Positions 22,961 to 64,000 of a stretch of DNA of 64,000 nt are shown here, piece after piece. This DNA is from Callorhinchus milii (Eukaryota). The position numbers and the translations under genes were made by a program. Under the pieces are notes generated by a model. That model did no database searches and was not told where the DNA came from. It saw only the letters and a list, made by a program, of their open reading frames with translations. Within the stretch, counting starts at the first letter, position 1. The number at the start of each line of letters is the position of its first letter. The stretch lies in NCBI RefSeq assembly GCF_018977255.1, contig NW_024704743.1, positions 96,846,001 to 96,910,000 of the forward strand, in the 5' to 3' direction.

Positions 22961-23164
22961 CCGGCCCCCGCGCGCTCCGGGCAACCTTCCATTTCGGAAC
23001 GCGGCGCCCGCCCTCCCGGCCCCCGCGCGCTCCGGGCAACCTTCCATTTCGGAACGCGGCGCCCGCCCTCCCGGCCCCGCGCGCTCCGGGCAACCTTCCA
23101 TTTTCGGAGCCGCACGGCGTGCGGCTCCGAAAATGGAAGGTTGCCCGGAGCGCGCGGGTCCGGG
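22961..23164. repeat. 55-bp tandem repeat (2 full copies + 1 partial) ending in an 83-bp palindrome
   Basis: Units 22961-23015 and 23016-23070 are identical; arms 23076-23116 and 23118-23158 are exact reverse complements. Confidence 0.95.
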
Positions 23165-23230
23165 CAGAGGAACCCGTCCCGCAGCGCGCGCGCGAGGAGA
23201 GAGAGAGAGAAGGCGCTGCATTGCACTGAC

Positions 23231-23400
23231 CTTCCTCCGCAAACAAGGGCAGAGCATCTACGCGCCGTCCTCCTCCTCCTTCCCTTCCTAACGCCACCCC
23301 CCCCTCACCCACCCACCCACCACCTCCTCCTCCTTCCGTTTCACCATGAATGCCGCACGCGCAGCGTCGCTCGGCGAGACCAGCCCGGAGCCCCGGCCAT
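23231..23400 (-). other. MTERF3: Probable non-coding exon 1 of MTERF3 (upstream boundary uncertain)
   Basis: Strong minus-strand donor AAG|GTCAGT at 23231/23230 inside the CpG island; the coding exon has an acceptor 23 nt before its ATG, so an upstream exon is needed. Confidence 0.55.
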
Positions 23401-23544
23401 CCGACTGAGAAGTGACGGGCGGAGGCGGTCGGGCTGGTACGGGGAGGGACGGGGCGGGGAGGAGAGGAGAGGGGGGGGGGGAAACAGGACAACAACAGGG
23501 GGAAGGAGGGAGGAGGGTCTGGGGCAGCGTTTGGAAGAGCAGCG

Positions 23545-57183
<33,639 letters not shown>

Positions 57184-58658
57184 TGAAGGCTATGATGGAG
57201 CCGAGGAAATTTTCGGAGCTGGATCCAAAACCATGTTGAGTGCCAATGAGCACGAGGAAAATGATGTCAGAAATAGACTGTATCAGGAGCTATGGCTGGT
57301 ACATGATGAATAATAACCTCTTTCACTGTTCGCTACAGTTGCTTGTGATGCAGTGAAATACTTTCATGTTACATTTTGTGTATTTTATTTTAAAGAAATA
57401 TGAAAAATAAGGAAGAAATGCCTTTTTTTATATTTCAGGTTTTTTTTTCTTTCTTGCAATTAATTATAGGGGTGAAAAATGCAGAGCTGTGATACCAAGA
57501 AGTATTTTACACCCTATTTCACTTTGATTGATTAAAGTTGAGTTGTAGAACTAGCAGTAACCTATGTTCGAGTTGGCTGTTAACCTTAGTGAACAGATTA
57601 CTGAACAGGAGATTGAATGAAGCACATACTTTATGCACTTTCTGACCGGCAAGTCTTGTACATGAAAAATGCATGAAAAATGTGCCCATTTTGTGCCAAG
57701 TGTATTGCTATCCATGTTGCTTTGGCAGAATGCTATCAAACAACTCATTTCAACTTCCTTTTCTGAAATGTTCCTAATTCACTTTGGATTACAGAACTGA
57801 CCGCTGCATTTGAACACTTCTACGAATCCATCTCCAGATTTAATTGTGTGCATAAATATGTGCGAAAGGAAAGTTTGTCTGATGCCCTGGCCAATAATTC
57901 CCCAAATAAAATTGGTCATTCACTTCATGGTTGTTTGCAGACCATTGCTTGGCACAAATTATCTGCCAAGTTTCCATACAAAATAGTCATTACACTTAGA
58001 GTAAAATTCTATGAAGTGCTTCGAGATGTTTTTCTGCCATGGAAGGCGCTATATCAAATTAAGAATTCCTGTTATAATTTAATTTATTTTCATTCCATTT
58101 ATTTCCATCCAACAAAAAAGGGAATTCAGTATAGATTACATTTTGTTAGATTTCATTTCAGTTTAAAGGAGACAATACTGGACATTTTTTGTGTGCATGT
58201 TTCATTGCATAAATGTAAATACAAGCAGTCAATTAATCTCATCTTCATTGTTTCAGAAGTTGCTTTTGCTTTAGGTTAATTTTTTCTTAATTTTTTGTCC
58301 ACTTGTAAATTCTATTTACAGTAAGGATAGTGCTAAAGAAGGTGTGAGTGTGTGTGTTTATACGCGTGTGTGTGTGCAGTGAAGCACAGGATAATGCAGT
58401 ATCTTTTTATGGCCATTCTGTGTTTGCACAATTAGTTCTATCAGAAATCATAAGTGAATCACTGTGTGGATCAGGACATTGTATTGAGAAGCTTGCACAA
58501 TGCACACCGGTTCAGCTACTATTGACAGCAGCATGCACAGTTTTGCTTGTTCAGTGTATTTGCCAGTCAATGTATGGATATATTTTTCCATTATAAACTG
58601 TGACTGCTTTTTCTCAGGAAAATGTTACATTTGTGATACTAACTAGACTGGAGTTTGA

Positions 58659-58674
58659 AATAAAGTGCATTAAA
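58659..58674 (+). terminator. PTDSS1 distal polyadenylation signals
   Basis: AATAAA 58659-58664 and ATTAAA 58669-58674 followed by a GT/T-rich tract. Confidence 0.7.
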
Positions 58675-59416
58675 AGCTACTCTTGTTTTTGTGTAACATG
58701 TTTTATATCCAGGTTACTGTTGATGATGGACTAGCCAGCCTGCTTATCAGCAGGACATAGAGAAGACCAGTCAATGGAGGCAGGAATTTTTCCCACTTGG
58801 CTCCTGTTAACCCTGCAAGTCAAAGCCCTACTGGGTGGGTGGTCCTAGATGGACAAGCAGTGGGAAACTTGCCAGATACTATTTGCAATGGCAAACTTTG
58901 ATGTTAGTTGATTATACTAGCAGTATCCCAACACATACTCTTGGAACCCTATGTCTTGGTTCTCACTAACCTATGCCTAATAAATCACCTTGGGACATCC
59001 TAAATAATAATAATAATCCTTAAATTTGATATAGACCCTTATCACGTCATTGAGACGTCTCAAAGCTCTTCACAGTATACTGTGTGTAAAGTGTGGGTTT
59101 TTGTGGATGAAATGCGGCAGCCTGTTGACATGAATGGTGCTATATAAATGTAAACTTGTAATTAGATAAGCAGGGCGCACTACTCCAATTTACAGACTCA
59201 GTACAAAATTGTACTAAGTTAATGAGACTTCTTGATGCGGACTACGGAACAAAAAATATTTTGATGTGGGTTCATTTTTAAAATCTTGTCGAATGCCTTA
59301 TTGTGATATTCCTATACCTACCTGCAGAGGATGCTGTAGTCCTGACAATGATTTGTGAGCCATCCCAAAGCATAGGGAGGTATTGTGGATTGTAGCTACA
59401 ACTGTGGCAGTAGCGT

Positions 59417-59600
59417 ATAATAATAATCCTTGTATTTGATATAGCCCCTTATCATGTCTTTGATATGTCTCAAAGCCCTTCACAGAATATGCTGTAAAGT
59501 GAATTGACTGTATATTTTGTGGGCGAAACACGGCAGCCAATTACACACAGCAGTGTCCCACAAACAGTCGTGGATTGAGTTACCAAATTATTATTATAAT
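59417..59600 (-). mobile_element. SINE tail and body fragment
   Basis: Close match to 4725-4910. Confidence 0.8.
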
Positions 59601-60047
59601 ACCCTAACTCTAATCATCTCCTGGCTCTGAAACACTGTAATCTTCAAGTATGAAATTGTCTTCTTTATCAGTGGATAAAGTTAATCAGAAAAAAAACATA
59701 CAATTCTAATCTGAGATCAACATCATCTGACCACTGATTTGTTTCCCATCAAACTCTACATTCCACAAAGCTTTTATTGGCACATAACAGCAAGTTGCTC
59801 AATATTACTTATTAGGATCAAATTTATTTTATCAACAAGTCGCGTTATCCCAAGCGAATGTTGTATCTCACCAAATATAATCTAGCAGCGGTGTTTCTTG
59901 CATCCCCTCCTTTGTTTCTTTTCTCCTATCTTCTATCTATACTTTTCTAATTTTTTAAAAAAAGTGTTTAAAGTGCTACTGAATATATTTAAACAAAGGA
60001 CAAACAAAGAAAACAAAACGGGTGACCGTGACAACAGCCCAAGGAAT

Positions 60048-60091
60048 AACTGATAAGAACTGATATTTCACTTGATCTTAGCCAAAAGGCC
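60048..60091 (-). pseudogene. U2 snRNA 5' fragment (about nt 11-54)
   Basis: GGCCTTTTGGCTAAGATCAAGTGAAATATCAGTTCTTATCAGTT versus U2 GGCCTTTTGGCTAAGATCAAGTGTAGTATCTGTTCTTATCAGTT: 41/44 identical. Confidence 0.9.
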
Positions 60092-60110
60092 ATGAATCTT
60101 TAACATCCAC

Positions 60111-60843
60111 AATCTCACAGTTGGTCCCTGGGGACCCGATGTCACGGCACTCAGTGCTGTACGGTCTGTTCCCGAGCACTCACAGCGAAACCCACATTGA
60201 GTGTGCCTGGAGGATCATAAACTCGGTAAAGGAGCCACTTTGGCACTCCCGAAACCGGGTGTTCTCCTGGCAGAACGAGGGGACGGTGAGGGTCAGGCTC
60301 ACGCACGCTAGGATCAGGGACTATATACTGAGGGACAACCTGAAGCTCGGCTCAACCGCGGCAAAGGCCAAATGGGGCCTGACCCCAGCAGGAGCTGCTC
60401 CGGCACAAACCATTCAGGGCGCACCCACCGGGTAGCCCACGAGCGCACCAAAACTGACTGAAATAAACACGAGGGCACAGAAGGATGTTCGAGATGTAAC
60501 CAAAGAGTGTCCCAAAAATGTGTGTACAGTAAACGTGTGCGTGTACGGTGCACATTGAGGCGCCTTCTGAAAGTGGCAAATGCTCCTTATGAGGGTGTGT
60601 GCGGGCATGCACATGGGTGTGATGTACACAGGGGCGACTCCAGACTGTTTTAAAGGGAGCGTCCCAAAAAACGTGAGCACAACCTGTGTGCGGTGAAGGA
60701 ATGTACCGTAAACAACAGAATATTTTTTGTGTCGGGAGAAAGGGAATAAAATTGTAACAGAAGATGTTGTACATTGTGTTGGTTTTGGATTTCTGTTGTA
60801 CCAAATACTATATTTAAAATAAATATACATTTTCCAAACAAAA
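60111..60843 (+). mobile_element. Tx1-clade non-LTR retrotransposon, 5'-truncated 3' end
   Basis: ORF 60121-60435 VLYGLFP...W-IINSVKE-LW-SRN...DYILRD-LKLG--AAKAKWG resembles a Tx1/L1 ORF2 C-terminus; AATAAA and A-rich end; ATCCAC duplicated at 60105-60110 and 60844-60849. Confidence 0.78.
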
Positions 60844-62079
60844 ATCCACCTAAACAGACAGCTGGGTCCTTGGTTTAACATTTCATTCCAAGGACAGTAC
60901 AACTCTTCTTACTCACTATTCAGTTAATTGAACATAAACTGCTGTTATGCTTTTGTGCATACATAGTGTCTATATTCTGTTTATTTCCCCAATGCTACCA
61001 GTTAATTTACCACATCAAAGAGACAAATTATAAATCATTTGGGATTCCAAGGCAGCAGAAAGAAGAATGGATGCATTTTGCAAAAACTACTAGGGAGTGT
61101 GCTAAAGGCAATAATTCAGCATAGGGTTTCATAAATCCTCGAAAAGAAAGAATTATTTGTGATACTGTAGCAACTTGTCACATTGAAAAATCTGAAAAAG
61201 CTCCCGAGTAATTATTTGTAAAGTGAAGTGATTGTTCTTGTGCTCAAGAACCGTTTATACATTTTACAACATTCTCTGAATGGAATTATTGACTTGCATC
61301 TCACTTACCAGTTCCATTATTCTTGAAACAGATGCAACTTTTCGCACAGTGCATTAAGGATATGAATGTGAATCATGAGCAATGGATGTCACTAGAGATA
61401 TACAGGAAGATTAGAATGTTAGTTCTATTCAGGAAGCAAGAACTGGAGAACGATTATTTTTGCTTGATATATCACTCAAATCATTCCTTCACCCATCAAT
61501 ATTTTTTGTGCAAAACATAATTGCATTCAAAGTTAAAATGTCTACCCTTTTTGCTCATATCTCTAAAAATCATTTGGCTTTTTATGACCCTATCCACTAT
61601 TTCTTCACATCTCCTTTTAAGTTAAGTTTAAGTTAAGTTCAGATAGCATCTAAAAACATTCCTCTTTCACTATGCCTACAGTCACATTCCCTTTCACCAC
61701 GGCTTGATGTCAAACTCCACCAATGTTAAGCGCTCCAAGGCATGTGAAGGGCACTATATAAATATAAGTTGTTATGTGATAGAGCTTGATCTAACTGGCG
61801 GAAGAAACAAATTCTGTTAAGAACTTGTGGGGAATGCAATGCACCATACCTGATGTGCAAGGAAAGGCAATGTGTGGCTGGTTTTGCTTTGCTACTATTC
61901 ATTTGGTCATTAGATGATGTTCACTGATGTGGAATAAAATGCCTATTTTACTTCCAAAAGTGACTTCAGTTGGTTTGTTTATGGCCACGAGTAATGGCAT
62001 CTTCACATGGTTACCCAAAGTACCATTTACTCATGTTTTGGGTGCAGACTCATTTGTGGTATAAACCAGGAATGATTTC

Positions 62080-62670
62080 AAAATGAAGACAAGGATCTTC
62101 AACTTAATCCTCTCAGGATGGGGAGCCAGTGTAGCCATGCAAGGATGGGGGTGATAGGCTCACTGAGCCTGGTGCAAGCGAAGACACAAGCTCTACAGCG
62201 TGTGGAGGGAAGATTTGGGATGTCTAGTGAGTAGAGAGTTGGAATAATCAAGCCTGAACATGATAAAAGCATGGATAAGGGTCTCAGTGGTCCAAGGGGA
62301 GAGAAAGTGCAGAGGCAGACAATGTTCCGGAGGTGGGGGAAAACTGAACAGGTCAAGGCACCGATGTGGGATTGAAAAGACAATTGAGAGTTGAACAAGA
62401 CCTGAGATTACACACTTGCTGTGTGAGGTGGAGTGTGCATCCATGTAAATTGATGCTGTTAGTGTCTGAGGTGAGAAGCCCTTGATGGGGCCAAGCAGGA
62501 GAGCCTCCTCTTGTCAACATTCAACTGGAGGAAAAAGTTAGCTCTCATCCAGGACTTGACGTTCGATAGGCAATGAGTCAAAACAGCAGGGGTCCTGGAG
62601 TCAAGGGTGGAGACAAAGAGATGGACTAAGTGTCATCCACATACATGTGGAAGTTAATCCCATTTTTCAA
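62080..62670 (-). mobile_element. Diverged L2 fragment
   Basis: LIHAFIMFRLDYSNSLL and PITPILAWLHWLPI remnants. Confidence 0.85.
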
Positions 62671-64000
62671 ATGACATGGAACATGTAGAAATTAAAGAGA
62701 ATAGGGAAGATTATTAGAGATTTATTAAAGCTTAAACAAGTTCTCACTTGTTTTTTGCTTTGAAATGTAGTGAACTTGAATGTCGGCACAAAGTTGTCTA
62801 TTTTTATGTCTGCCGGTGTCTCTCATCACCAGTCCTCTTTTTCTATGTTATAATTGAACTTCACATTAAAATGCAAAGTGATATCTTATGGATGGATTAA
62901 ACTATTAGAACAACAACACCAAATTGCATTTATAAGTGTCTTTAAAGACCTAGAGTACCACACGGTACCCAGTGTGACACCAACTTTACTCAGTGAGTGG
63001 GACTAGTCAGGAGTTTGTTGATTGTTGGCCCCTCGAGCCTCCCCACCCCATCTGCACTGATTTATGTTTTATTTATAAAATGTATAAGTAAATTTTGCAT
63101 TAATTATTTTTTTAAAAAGTAAAACAAATGGGAATTGAGGGCATATTAACTGTATATTGAAACAGGTTACAGAAATATATGCAAATCTGTTCTCTGAGGT
63201 TGGTGGGTCAAGAAAGGCTGGTGAAGGGTTTACTTTCAATTTATTTTCGTTAATTTTCCAAGGGTTTCAGGCTAGCACTTATTTGGTCTCTGCATGGTGC
63301 TTGCTTGTACAGGGACAGCAAAGCATTTATAGCAGAGAATTTAATTTCAATTTGTTTTCATTGCTTCAGCAACTTTTAAAAAATGCCAAGTTAAATGAGT
63401 CATGTTTGAGTTCTCCTGATTGCTCAGTGAGCTTATCCTTTGATTAGCTGAGCCATAAAGCTTAGCCTCAATGGACTGAGTGACTTCATCCTATGCTGTA
63501 ATTTCTATGATTCGATGATGAAGCCTGAGAAGGGTCCAGCATTGATGACTAAACTATGTTAGCTGATTCCAGTCAGGGAAACAGGACTGAAGCCAAAACC
63601 GGTATTAGTCTCCTGGGTTAGGAAGGAGAAAACCATTCAGAGTAGCTGTTTCTGATTGCAATTCAATGGCCCTGCAAGAAGGTCGATGTCGAATGAGGAC
63701 AGGATTAGGTTTGACTGCAATGTCCTCAGCAGTCACAAAGCCGACAATCAGTATAAAGCCTCACACGTGAATAGCACTCATTTGCTTATGGTACTCAAGG
63801 GAGGATGGTGTCCATGGAACTGTATAACTGGTGTAAGGGTGGAAACTGGCCCAAACACCTCTTGAAAGTAGGAAAAAGGCACAAAGTTGGCAAGGACAAA
63901 TCCTTATAAAGTTAACTTTCATATATTAAAGAATGAAACACTTTTACTCTATTTAATTGCTTTTGTCAGTCATTTAACTTTGGTTCTCAGTGTCTGTACC

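Noticed and set aside
22961..23164. CRISPR-like repeat array
   Set aside because: Eukaryotic context; no unique spacers; simple tandem duplication
60048..60091. Functional U2 snRNA gene
   Set aside because: Only 44 nt; branch-recognition sequence mutated; no Sm site or 3' stem-loops
59890..60843. Single twin-primed (5'-inverted) Keno insertion explaining both the U2 fragment and the Tx1 end
   Set aside because: 19 nt of SINE sequence separate the two parts, and the Tx1 piece has its own ATCCAC duplication, favouring separate events

Overview
Vertebrate genomic DNA, most likely a cartilaginous fish (inferred from the repeat content: CR1, L2, tRNA-head and Deu-domain SINEs, Tx1). It holds the conserved vertebrate gene trio UQCRB (minus, 4 coding exons, 111 aa), MTERF3 (minus, 7 coding exons plus a probable non-coding exon 1) and PTDSS1 (plus, 13 exons, 478 aa). 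MTERF3 and PTDSS1 sit head-to-head on one CpG island. All exon boundaries were read by hand and their phases checked. Most other ORFs in the track are retroelement fragments or noise. Best leads: (1) a candidate alternative terminal exon of PTDSS1 encoding a different last hydrophobic helix and a short tail; (2) an 83-bp perfect palindrome attached to a 55-bp tandem repeat in the bidirectional promoter; (3) a U2 snRNA 5' fragment 19 bp from a Tx1 retrotransposon 3' end; (4) a 1-nt frameshift in MTERF3 exon 3, probably an assembly error; (5) a GC-AG intron in UQCRB; (6) degenerate hammerhead-like motifs in a Penelope-like repeat. Repeat boundaries are approximate and family names come from recognition, not a database search.
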